Assembly (NCBI GenBank): GCA_964643945.1
Contig: CAZXVN010000612.1
Coordinates: 1-51,912, forward strand
Length of the DNA: 51,912 bases
From: an uncultured Lentisphaeraceae bacterium
GTDB lineage: Bacteria; Verrucomicrobiota; Kiritimatiellia; RFP12; UBA1067
Direction: 5' to 3'
In this document: positions 18,803-26,776 of the stretch, piece after piece
Numbering within the stretch: position 1 is the stretch's first letter
Layout: each line of letters opens with the position of its first letter
Notes under the pieces: generated by a model
The model's database searches: none
Told to the model about the DNA's origin: nothing
The model's input: only the letters and a program-made list of their open reading frames with translations
Made by a program: the position numbers and the translations under genes

Positions 18803-19741
18803 TAAACATTCTTCGGTTCCCGGCAGGACGATCTCTTCTGGCAAACAGTTGGAGGGGCGGCGGCCGGTCATGAATTCGACGATGTTTCCGAACTCGCGTT
18901 CAGCGAAGAGCGGGGCGAGGTAGTCGCAGAGTGAGGCGAGCGGTGCGGCGTCGACCGGTAAGCCGAACTCGCGCGCAAGGGCTTGTGCGGCGCGCTCCGC
19001 ACCGAAACGCTTGAAGACCGCCTGGAGGGTTTCACGAACGGGACCGTAGAACTCTTCGGCTTGAGCGACGGTCATCGCGAACTTCTTGACACCCACGATG
19101 CGCAGACCGGTGCTGGACAGCAGATCCATGATGTTGCCTGCCCGCAAAGAGGGCTGCCGCCAATTGTCGGGTTTGAGCATGACCAGCGTCTGCTGCACAT
19201 CTTCACCGCCCGGCACGTCCATTGCGCCACGCACGATGCCGGTGTCGGAGTGCAGGTGTTTCAGCCAGACATTCAGGATCTCGCTGACGATCTTGGGGGT
19301 GGCGCCGACCAGCACGGCGGGTTCGAAATACTCCACGCGGCCGGTCTTGGGGTCGGTGACCATGTCGCCGTAGGTGTCGCGGACGGTCTGGCCGCTACAC
19401 CAGCGCTGGCGGATGCTGCCGGTGACCTCGAAGATTTTACGGACGGCATCCTCGCCTTCGAAAAGCAGCAGGATGGAGCGGTGGGGGCAGCCTGTGGCTT
19501 CGTCGGGCGTGTAGGCGCGTCGTACATAGTTGGAAAACAGCATGCACTTTTCGGGGTCGGTGGGATCGTAGGTGCTGAGGTAATCGGCAAAGGCGGTGGC
19601 GAGGCCAGACGACGCGCCAATGACGCGCGTGCCGACTAGTTTAAGGTCTGTGCGCACGAGATATCGCGCGATAATCCCGCCGGTTCGTGATTTTCGGATC
19701 GGGTACGGATTGATGAGTACGAACGCCAGTTCCTTTGCCAT
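18572..19741 (-). CDS. Tandem nucleoside-diphosphate-kinase-like protein. The N-terminal domain is degenerate. The C-terminal domain keeps the NxxH(A/G)SDS active-site block.
   Basis: Domain 2 has TLVMLKPDNWRQPSLRAGNIMDLLSSTGLRIVGVKKFAMTVAQAEEFY ... NIMVNAAHASDSAENAQREM. Domain 1 has LAFVLINPYPIRKSRTGGIIARYL, but the equivalent active-site position lacks the His. Confidence 0.7.
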   Translation of the reverse strand: MAKELAFVLINPYPIRKSRTGGIIARYLVRTDLKLVGTRVIGASSGLATAFADYLSTYDPTDPEKCMLFSNYVRRAYTPDEATGCPHRSILLLFEGEDAVRKIFEVTGSIRQRWCSGQTVRDTYGDMVTDPKTGRVEYFEPAVLVGATPKIVSEILNVWLKHLHSDTGIVRGAMDVPGGEDVQQTLVMLKPDNWRQPSLRAGNIMDLLSSTGLRIVGVKKFAMTVAQAEEFYGPVRETLQAVFKRFGAERAAQALAREFGLPVDAAPLASLCDYLAPLFAEREFGNIVEFMTGRRPSNCLPEEIVLPGTEECLAIVYEGIDAVKKIRDILGETDPLKARPGSIRREFGTNIMVNAAHASDSAENAQREMRILDVMHDPHFEEIIRSYYA

Positions 19742-19875
19742 TGACTAAACCTCTTTGACGTGAGTGATCGCGTTTTCCATACTGAAGACCCCTGACGCGG
19801 GCAGGGTTGCTAAAAAGATTAAAAAGATGCCGATAACGCGAAGAAGGGCACTGTTCACTCAAAAGCCACAGGGTC

Positions 19876-20364
19876 TCACAGTTGGCAATTAAGTTTACCT
19901 CTTTGAAACAGGGGAGTCAACGGAAGTCGCTTGAGCCAGGCGAGTTCACGCCGTCGCATGCGTGTGCGCTCCGCAGGCGTGCGGTCGTTTGAACCGGTCA
20001 GGTGATCGAAGCCGTGCGCGAGGTAAAGGGCGAGTTCCCGGTCGGCGGACCACGCGGCGTGGCGCGGCGCGGCGCAGGCCACCCGCTCGACATTGACGAA
20101 CAGCTCGCCGATCAGGCCGGCGGGCTCGCCGGGGACCGGCTCGTAACGCTGGGTGATGACATCGGTGGCCCCTTCGTGCGCCATGATCGCCGCGTTGACT
20201 GGCGCGATGGCCGCATCGTCCAGCAGGTGGATGGCGACCTCTTGCCACGGCGGGTCATCGGGCATCCGCGCCTGCGCCAGGCTGGCCAGCGCATGCGCCA
20301 GCCGCTTGAGGGCGTCGGCGTCGAGCTTGAAGCGGTGTTGGGTGTTATGGAGAATGAGGCGCAT
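19876..20364 (-). CDS. ybeY: rRNA maturation endoribonuclease YbeY.
   Basis: The 162-aa product starts at MRLILHN. LALYLAHGFDHLTGSND corresponds to the YbeY H-G-x-x-H-L-x-G-x-D zinc motif region. The upstream part of track ORF 19876..21111 is Arg/Gly/Pro-rich shadow sequence and was rejected. Confidence 0.7.
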   Translation of the reverse strand: MRLILHNTQHRFKLDADALKRLAHALASLAQARMPDDPPWQEVAIHLLDDAAIAPVNAAIMAHEGATDVITQRYEPVPGEPAGLIGELFVNVERVACAAPRHAAWSADRELALYLAHGFDHLTGSNDRTPAERTRMRRRELAWLKRLPLTPLFQRGKLNCQL

Positions 20365-20390
20365 ATCAAACCGTGTAAGTGGAACAAAGT

Positions 20391-21077
20391 TTAGCCTAAA
20401 TCCGGCAGTCGATGGAACAACGAAATGCGCGAAACAGACTCGATGCCGGCGGAGTCCATCACGCAGGCGTAGCGCCCGTCGATGGATGGCGCCTTGCCGT
20501 TGCGCAGCAGCGACGCGCCCTGGAAGATGTCGGCGATGGTCACGAAGCTGTCCTCGCGCATCCCGGCGAACGCCGCCGCGCCGCCCGCGTAGATCATGCG
20601 GAAGGGCTTCGGCGCGTTGACATAGGCGCTGTCGAGGTTGGTCACCGCCACGGCCAGGGGCCGGACGAAGCGGTCGTTGACGACCGTGTGGATCATGCGG
20701 CGCACCCAGCGGTTGAGGCGGCGCTTGGAGACCGCCATGATGTCCGAGGGGTCCTGCAGGAGCAGCTTCGGCCGGAACGACAGGTAGCCCGCGAGATCCT
20801 GCGTCGAGACCTGGAAGATGTCGTCCGGCACGACCATCGAGGCGCCGGGCTCCTCGGTCTCGCCGTACATCTTGGGCGAGTCGCTGGTGGTCTCGGTCGC
20901 CAAAGCCAGATCCCCGAACTTGCGGAACTGGACGAACGTCCCCGAGTTCGGGGCCAGCTTGGCTTTCACACCCAGGCCGCTGTTGGCCAGCGGGGTTTCC
21001 AATTCCTTGTCGGTCATCTCGTCGAAAGCCCGGTCGAAATACCCCTGGACCGTGCCCTTCATCGTAGTAGAGTCCAT
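20391..21077 (-). CDS. Conserved-looking 228-aa protein resembling the N-terminal two thirds of an HK97-fold phage major capsid protein. It appears truncated.
   Basis: Balanced composition in this frame only. Remembered capsid-like blocks: SGTFVQFRKFGDL, VSTQDLAGYLSFRPKLLLQD, FVTIADIFQGASLLRNGKAPSIDGRYACVMDS. It ends 26 nt before ybeY, without the expected C-terminal third. The family call comes from pattern memory and was not searched. Confidence 0.35.
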   Translation of the reverse strand: MDSTTMKGTVQGYFDRAFDEMTDKELETPLANSGLGVKAKLAPNSGTFVQFRKFGDLALATETTSDSPKMYGETEEPGASMVVPDDIFQVSTQDLAGYLSFRPKLLLQDPSDIMAVSKRRLNRWVRRMIHTVVNDRFVRPLAVAVTNLDSAYVNAPKPFRMIYAGGAAAFAGMREDSFVTIADIFQGASLLRNGKAPSIDGRYACVMDSAGIESVSRISLFHRLPDLG

Positions 21078-21594
21078 ACTTCTCCTTTGTTTGAGCGAAC
21101 GGGGAAACCATTCACCCCCTATATTAGTTGGGGTAAAGTGGTAAAGTTGGGGGCAGGAGAAGGCGGAGAAGGCTGTTAGACTGTGAGGCTGTCAGGCAGA
21201 AAATCGGGGATGGGAGCGGGAAGGGGCGGGTTGATAGAGAAAGATGCGGTTGAAGAACAATCGGGCCTTGAAAAAGGATGATCTTGTGTGCTAACTTCCA
21301 AACGACGGTGGAGCACGGTGAGCGGCGGCGTTGAGAGGGTAACGGTCAGGCGTGACATGGCGAATGCTCAGCATCCAGCAGGATGTCTTGAGTCGAAAGA
21401 TGGTGCCGAGTTGGGGGAACAGTGTCGCATCGGGACATACGGACAAAAGCAGTTTTAAAGGAAGAAGCAGGGCGCGCCGGGCCGTAGAACAAACGAAAGG
21501 CGGGGGTCATGTTGATGAGTTCGAAAAAGCAATCCACCCGGATCAATGTCCTGTGTTCAGAGACGGCACGGAGGCCGATATCGAAAGGAACCCA

Positions 21595-22314
21595 ATGACT
21601 CCTCGCGAACTGATTACAAAACAACGCAGACCGTATGTCCTTGCGGCTGTTATTGGCTTGGGGGTGTTTACGGCCGGTCTTTTACTCAATAGGTTGATAG
21701 GAAAAACAACTTTAGCCTTTCCGGACGGAAGGTGTTCTGTCGGCGGATGGTTTTCATTTTGCCTCGTGATCATTGGTGTCGCAATATTTCTTTTGGCAGC
21801 CTCACTGCTTTCATTTCGCGGGGACTGTCCCAAATGTGGAAAGAACATGGGGCCGACTGGCTGGCGGAGAAGAAATTACTGCCCTTTATGTGGCGTCCAT
21901 CTGGATGCGGAAACGACAGAGGCCGGAATGATTGCCGGTTCTGTTCTAAAAAAGCAACGCAAAGAATGGGCTTTACATATTTTCATTGGCTTTTTGTTCC
22001 TGTTGAACTTTGCTCTGATGTCTTTTGTGATGATACTCTTCATGCGGATATTACAACTTGAGATGAATCGATATGACAACGCTAAAATTGTTGGTCGCTA
22101 TTATGCGCAAGCATGCAGAAATCAGAGCGGCGAGGATGCCATGCGAAAAATTTGTGTAGAAGAACTAAGACATGCTCAGACATCAAACTATTGGGATAAG
22201 GTTTGCCTTCCATCTGATGAAGAAAAGTATCGAAATAAGGTTTTAGATACTTTTGAAAAGGAGCTTGCACGAATTAAGAGTGGCCTGATAACAAAAGAAA
22301 CCGTTAACCAGTAA
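21595..22314 (+). CDS. Low-GC membrane protein with an inter-helix zinc ribbon (CPKCG...CPLCG) and a cytoplasmic helical tail. Hypothetical.
   Basis: ATG 21595 is preceded by gaaagga. There are three hydrophobic helices: VLAAVIGLGVFTAGLLL, FSFCLVIIGVAIFLLAASLL, ALHIFIGFLFLLNFALMSFVMILF. Hand-counted lines give ~33-35% GC against ~68% in flanking genes. Confidence 0.55.
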   Translation: MTPRELITKQRRPYVLAAVIGLGVFTAGLLLNRLIGKTTLAFPDGRCSVGGWFSFCLVIIGVAIFLLAASLLSFRGDCPKCGKNMGPTGWRRRNYCPLCGVHLDAETTEAGMIAGSVLKKQRKEWALHIFIGFLFLLNFALMSFVMILFMRILQLEMNRYDNAKIVGRYYAQACRNQSGEDAMRKICVEELRHAQTSNYWDKVCLPSDEEKYRNKVLDTFEKELARIKSGLITKETVNQ

Positions 22315-22417
22315 GGGAAGCAGGTTTTATCTGGGCGGAGGCAAACGAAAGTCAGCGGTCATGATTTTGAATTCGGAAGGGTAACAGGTTCGTATGGGGA
22401 CAAACGGACAAACGAAG

Positions 22418-22450
22418 AAAGGCGACCGCTAGGCCGCCTTTCTTGTTTGT
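22418..22450. terminator. Bidirectional hairpin terminator between convergent genes.
   Basis: Stem aaaggcgacc / ggccgccttt (one mismatch), loop gcta. T-rich tracts follow on both strands. Confidence 0.45.
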
Positions 22451-22476
22451 TGAATTGTCGTCCGGAGCGGACGCGT

Positions 22477-22806
22477 TCACTTGCCCTTCTTCAATTCCTC
22501 GGTCAGCCACTCGTCAGCAGTGAGTTTCTTGTCGCCGCCGCCACCGCCCGCCGGGGGCTTCGCGGCCTTGCCGGTGAGCGTTTCCAGCCGGTCGACCTCG
22601 GCCTTGAGCGCATCGCGCTCCGTCTTGAGCGTATCGCGTTCTGTGGTCAGCGTGTCCCGCTCGGTCTTGAATGTGTCCCGCTCGGCGGTGAGATCGGCGA
22701 CAACCTTGTCAGCCGCCGCCTTGTCTGCAACGACCTTATCAGCGGCGGCTTTGTCAGCGGCAGCCTGGTCAATCACTTCCTTTGCAACGTCATCGGGTTT
22801 GCTCAT
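22477..22806 (-). CDS. Small coiled-coil repeat protein (109 aa). Hypothetical, possibly scaffold-like.
   Basis: MSKPDDVAKEVIDQ then (AADKAAADKVV)x2, then four TERDT(L/F)K-type heptads, a Gly5 hinge, and KKLTADEWLTEELKKGK. RBS-like aaaggagag upstream of the ATG. Confidence 0.6.
   Translation of the reverse strand: MSKPDDVAKEVIDQAAADKAAADKVVADKAAADKVVADLTAERDTFKTERDTLTTERDTLKTERDALKAEVDRLETLTGKAAKPPAGGGGGDKKLTADEWLTEELKKGK
22604..22687. repeat. Four tandem 21-nt in-frame coding repeats (heptad repeats), followed by two ~30-nt repeats at 22696..22755.
   Basis: Units on the plus strand: cttgagcgcatcgcgctccgt / cttgagcgtatcgcgttctgt / ggtcagcgtgtcccgctcggt / cttgaatgtgtcccgctcggc. Confidence 0.7.
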
Positions 22807-22885
22807 AGCTCTCCTTTTGTTTGTGCCTGTTCAGCAGGACAATCATGTTCATCATGTAATCCTGTCTATACTTTGAATCCTTGCT

Positions 22886-23321
22886 TCAATCGCCGCGTTC
22901 TTCGTCCGTTTCACTCGCCATGTTCTCGATCAGGCCGAGCATGACCGACATGCCCGCCGTGATCCCGTAATCGTGCGGCGTCCGTTCGGCCACCGAGAGC
23001 GCCCGGCCGGCCGCGACATCGTGCAGCGTCAGCAGGAACTTCGTGCCCGACGGCGTTGAAGATCCAGAGCATGAACGCCTTGACCGACTCCGGCCCGAGC
23101 GTCTGCGTCATGCTGTCGATGACCGGCGCGAGCTGCCCCATGTTTGTGAGGCTGGCCAGCGTGCGGTGCTGGTTGGGGCAGTGCGTGTGCAGGTCGGGGA
23201 TATGGAAGGCCTCGTGGAATCGAGAGACGGACTGCCGCACAGTCTCGGTCTTCTCCCCCAGAGGGGGCTCGGTGTTCTCGCAGCGGAAGAAAAAGGGAAG
23301 GCGGTTTTCCCTTGCTGGCAA
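22886..23321 (-). pseudogene. Hypothetical gene disrupted by a 1-nt frameshift near 23040..23050.
   Basis: The upstream frame gives ...LGPESVKAFMLWIFNAVG, then turns into Arg/Gly junk. The neighbouring frame continues plausibly as GTKFLLTLHDVAAGRALSVAERTPHDYGITAGMSVMLGLIENMASETDEERGD-stop (TGA at 22886). The only start available is TTG. Confidence 0.45.
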
Positions 23322-23370
23322 CCTTATCCCGTGTCAAACTGAGCCTGATTCAGCACGCGAAGGAATAAAA

Positions 23371-24954
23371 ATGGAACGACAGTTTTTAATGGGGAATGAA
23401 GCGGTTGCATGGGGTGCGCTGCATGCGGGGGCGGCCCGAGGAGCCGGTTATCCCGGAACACCGTCAAGCGAGATTCTCGATGTCTTCAATCAGCTCGGCG
23501 GCAAGGCCGAATGGGCGCCAAATGAAAAGGTCGCCGCCGAGGTGGCGCTGGGTGTTTCATTCGCCGGTGTGCGCGCCTTTACCACGATGAAGCACGTTGG
23601 ACTCAACGTCGCCGCCGATGTGCTTTTCACGGCCGCCTACAGCGGGGTGGACGGCGCGCTGGTTTTTGTGGTGGCGGATGACCCGGGGCTGGCCTCCAGT
23701 CAAAACGAGCAGGACACCCGTCGCTATGCTGTTGCCGCCGGCGTGCCGCTTATTGAGCCGTCTGATTCTCAGGAAGCTTATGATTTCACCCGGCTCGCAT
23801 TTGAGGTTTCCGAACGCTGGAAAATTCCGGTCATTCTCAAACTAACCACCCGCGTATGCCATTCGGGAACCCCTGTTGTGACGCGCACACCGGACCGCGA
23901 TTTGCCGACTGCGCATTTCGAGCGCAACATTCCTTATCGCGTCATGGTGCCCGGCCATGCCCGCCCGGCCCACCGCCGCCTGCGCCAGAAGCTGGCGGAG
24001 ATTGCCGAGTGGAATGAGAAGAAAGGGCCGAATCAGAAGTTCGACGGATCGGAGAATCTCGGCATTCTTGTTTCGGGCGTTGCTTATCAGCACGCACGGG
24101 AAGCCGCGCCGGACGCTTCCTTTTTAAAGATCGGGATGAGCTATCCGCTGCCGATGCGGCAGATGCTTGATTTTGCCGCATCGGTTAAAAGGGCGATGGT
24201 CATTGAAGAAAACGATCCCTATATGGCTGACGCCGTGCGCGCCGCGGGAGGTGCGGTTGAAAGCGCTCCGGAAATGTATCGCTTTGGCGAACTGGATGTG
24301 GGGCGCGTGAAGCGGATTTTGGCGGGCGACACCTCCCCCGAAGCGGTTCCGCCGCACGGCAAGCCGCCGCAGCTTTGCGCCGGCTGTCCGCATACGGCCA
24401 CGTTTGAGATGCTGAAAAAACACAACTGCATTGTTGCAGGCGATATCGGCTGCTATACACTGGCCGCGCTTCAGCCGCTGGCGGCGATGGATACGCAGAT
24501 CTGCATGGGTGCGAGTCTGGGCGTCGGCCTGGGACTGCGGCATGTCCTGCCGCGCGAAGAAGCCAAACGGGTGGTTAGCGTGATCGGCGACAGCACGTTT
24601 GTTCACAGCGGACTGACCGGGCTTGCAGAAATGACGTATAACGTGCCGCCGACCGGGCATGTGTTGCTGATTCTCGATAACGCGACAACGGCCATGACTG
24701 GCCAGCAGGAACATCCCGGCACGGGGCGGCGGCTGGACCATACGCCAACCAATCAGCTTGATTACGAAGCCGTGGTTCGCGCGCTGAAGGTTCCGAATAT
24801 TGGCGTTTTTGATCCGGTCCGCCAGTCCGGAGAGTTTGAAAAGGCGCTGGTCGAGGCGCTTGAAAAAGAAGAGCTGACGGTTTTAATCGTACGCCGCCCC
24901 TGTATTCTGGCAGTGGCCCGCAAAGGGGTGAAGCCGGTTAGAGCCGAAGGATGA
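23371..24954 (+). CDS. iorA: Indolepyruvate:ferredoxin oxidoreductase, alpha subunit (TPP-dependent).
   Basis: MERQFLMGNEAVAWGALHAGAARGAGYPGTPSSEILD, CAGCPH and GDIGCYTL blocks. RBS aaggaataaaa precedes ATG 23371. The 105 codons upstream in the track ORF were rejected. Confidence 0.85.
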   Translation: MERQFLMGNEAVAWGALHAGAARGAGYPGTPSSEILDVFNQLGGKAEWAPNEKVAAEVALGVSFAGVRAFTTMKHVGLNVAADVLFTAAYSGVDGALVFVVADDPGLASSQNEQDTRRYAVAAGVPLIEPSDSQEAYDFTRLAFEVSERWKIPVILKLTTRVCHSGTPVVTRTPDRDLPTAHFERNIPYRVMVPGHARPAHRRLRQKLAEIAEWNEKKGPNQKFDGSENLGILVSGVAYQHAREAAPDASFLKIGMSYPLPMRQMLDFAASVKRAMVIEENDPYMADAVRAAGGAVESAPEMYRFGELDVGRVKRILAGDTSPEAVPPHGKPPQLCAGCPHTATFEMLKKHNCIVAGDIGCYTLAALQPLAAMDTQICMGASLGVGLGLRHVLPREEAKRVVSVIGDSTFVHSGLTGLAEMTYNVPPTGHVLLILDNATTAMTGQQEHPGTGRRLDHTPTNQLDYEAVVRALKVPNIGVFDPVRQSGEFEKALVEALEKEELTVLIVRRPCILAVARKGVKPVRAEG

Positions 24955-25436
24955 CGGGTATGAGTGACAAAACAACCAGCATCAAAATCGCCGGTCTGGG
25001 CGGCATGGGCGTTCTGACAGCCACACAGATTCTCGCCGAAGTTTTTTTTCGCCGGGGTTTTGATGTGAAGAAAGCGGAAGTGCACGGCATGAGTCAGCGC
25101 GGCGGCTCAATCTGCAGCGATGTGCGCTTCGGCAAAAGAGTGTTCAGCCCGATGATTCCCGCCGGCGAGGTCGACTTCCTTGTTCTGTTTCAGGATGATC
25201 AACTTCCGCTTTACCAAGCGGATTGTTCACTGCAGACGGTGATCCTGAAGACGGGAATGATCGAGTTGGAAAGGCTGACCGCCAAACGGGCGATCAACAT
25301 CGCCATGCTGGGTCTGCTGAGTCGGCATCTGGAAAGTCCGGCCGATGACTGGCTGAACGTCATCCGTGACGTACTGCCGGAGAAGCTGCACAAACTGAAC
25401 GAAGCGGCCTTTGAGTTGGGGTGGCGGTCTGCATAG
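24951..25436 (+). CDS. iorB: Indolepyruvate:ferredoxin oxidoreductase, beta subunit.
   Basis: IKIAGLGGMGVLTATQILAEVFFRRGFDVKKAEVHGMSQRGGS. ATGA start/stop overlap with iorA. Confidence 0.85.
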   Translation: MTGMSDKTTSIKIAGLGGMGVLTATQILAEVFFRRGFDVKKAEVHGMSQRGGSICSDVRFGKRVFSPMIPAGEVDFLVLFQDDQLPLYQADCSLQTVILKTGMIELERLTAKRAINIAMLGLLSRHLESPADDWLNVIRDVLPEKLHKLNEAAFELGWRSA

Positions 25437-25450
25437 AAACAGGAGAACAC

Positions 25451-26776
25451 ATGGAAACCAACATCCGCCCCGAGTGTATGCCCGATTATCTGGAGCCTCG
25501 CGAGCTGCGCGCGTTGCAGCTTCAGCGGTTGAAGGCGACCGTTCAGCGCACGTACGACAACGTGGCGCTTTTCCGGCAGCGCCTGGATGATCGCCGCATG
25601 AAGCCCGCCGATGTCCAGACGCTGGACGACGTAAAAAGACTTCCCTTCACTCAGAAAACCGATCTGCGCGACACCTATCCCTACGGGCTTTTTGCCGTTC
25701 CGATGAAAGAGGTGGTCCGTTTGCACGCTTCCAGCGGCACGACCGGCAAGCCGATCGTCGTGGGCTACACACAGGCGGATCTTGATGTCTGGAGCAGTGT
25801 CATGCTCCGCTCCTTTGTCGCCGCCGGCATACACGCCGGCGATGTGCTCCAGAACGCCTATGGCTACGGCCTGTTCACCGGCGGCCTCGGCGCGCATTAC
25901 GGCGCAGAACGGCTGGGCGCAACCGTTATTCCGATTTCTGGCGGCAACACAGAGCGCCAGATTCTGGTGATGAAAGATTTCGGCGTCACCGCGATCTGCT
26001 GCACGCCAAGCTACTTTCTTCATCTGATTGAAAAAGTGCAGGCGAGCGGCATTTCCTTTAAAAGGCTCGGCGTGAAAACCGGCGTGTTCGGCGCGGAGCC
26101 GTGGACCGAGGCGATGCGCGCCTACATTCAGCGTGAATCCGGCATCAAAGCCTTCGACATTTACGGTCTTTCCGAAATCATCGGCCCTGGAGTCGGCATC
26201 GAATGCCGTGAGCAGGCCGGGCTTCATATTTTCGAAGACCACTTCCTGATCGAAATTGTTGATCCGAAAACGGACAACGTGCTGCCCGATGGCGAAGAAG
26301 GTGAGTTGGTTGTCACGACGCTCACGAAACAGGCGTTCCCGATGATCCGTTACCGTACGTATGATATGACTTCGATTATTCCGGAGCGGTGTGACTGCGG
26401 CCGCACCATTCGACGAATCAACCGCATCCGGTCCCGTAGCGACGACATGTTGATCATCCGCGGCGTCAACGTCTTCCCGTCGCAGATCGAAGCCGCGTTG
26501 CTGTCAGTTGATCAAACGGTGCCGCATTACCAGATTTTGCTCACCCGGAAGGGCGGGCTGGATCAGATCGAAGTGCAGGTCGAAGTGACCAAAGAAATGT
26601 TCGGCGACCGCATCAGCGAGCTGGAGTCGATCCAGGCGCGCCTTACGCAGGCCATTGACCATGTTGTCGGTCTGCGTGTACTGGTCCGTCTGGTCGAGCC
26701 GAACACGATCGCGCGCAGCGAAGGTAAGGCGAAACGGGTGAGTGATAAACGCAGCGAGGGGGGGGGGATTCGATGA
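25451..26776 (+). CDS. paaK: Phenylacetate--CoA ligase family enzyme (aryl-acetate/aryl-acetyl-CoA interconversion).
   Basis: LPFTQKTDLRDTYPYGLFAVPMKEVVRLHASSGTTGKPIVVGYTQADLDVWS, and DMLIIRGVNVFPSQIE. aggag RBS before ATG 25451. Confidence 0.85.
   Translation: METNIRPECMPDYLEPRELRALQLQRLKATVQRTYDNVALFRQRLDDRRMKPADVQTLDDVKRLPFTQKTDLRDTYPYGLFAVPMKEVVRLHASSGTTGKPIVVGYTQADLDVWSSVMLRSFVAAGIHAGDVLQNAYGYGLFTGGLGAHYGAERLGATVIPISGGNTERQILVMKDFGVTAICCTPSYFLHLIEKVQASGISFKRLGVKTGVFGAEPWTEAMRAYIQRESGIKAFDIYGLSEIIGPGVGIECREQAGLHIFEDHFLIEIVDPKTDNVLPDGEEGELVVTTLTKQAFPMIRYRTYDMTSIIPERCDCGRTIRRINRIRSRSDDMLIIRGVNVFPSQIEAALLSVDQTVPHYQILLTRKGGLDQIEVQVEVTKEMFGDRISELESIQARLTQAIDHVVGLRVLVRLVEPNTIARSEGKAKRVSDKRSEGGGIR

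Noticed and set aside
19876-21111. Single 411-aa ORF spanning ybeY and the capsid-like region.
   Set aside because: Only the last 162 codons look like YbeY. The upstream 249 codons are Arg/Gly/Pro-rich, and they overlap a well-composed ORF (20391..21077) in another frame.
22604-22755. Short tandem repeats as a possible CRISPR or minisatellite.
   Set aside because: The repeats are contiguous with no spacers, in frame, and encode heptad/decamer peptide repeats of ORF 22477..22806.
23056-23370. N-terminal extension of iorA from the track ORF start.
   Set aside because: The extension is shadow-like and overlaps the frameshifted minus-strand gene. A canonical IorA N-terminus begins at ATG 23371 with an upstream RBS.
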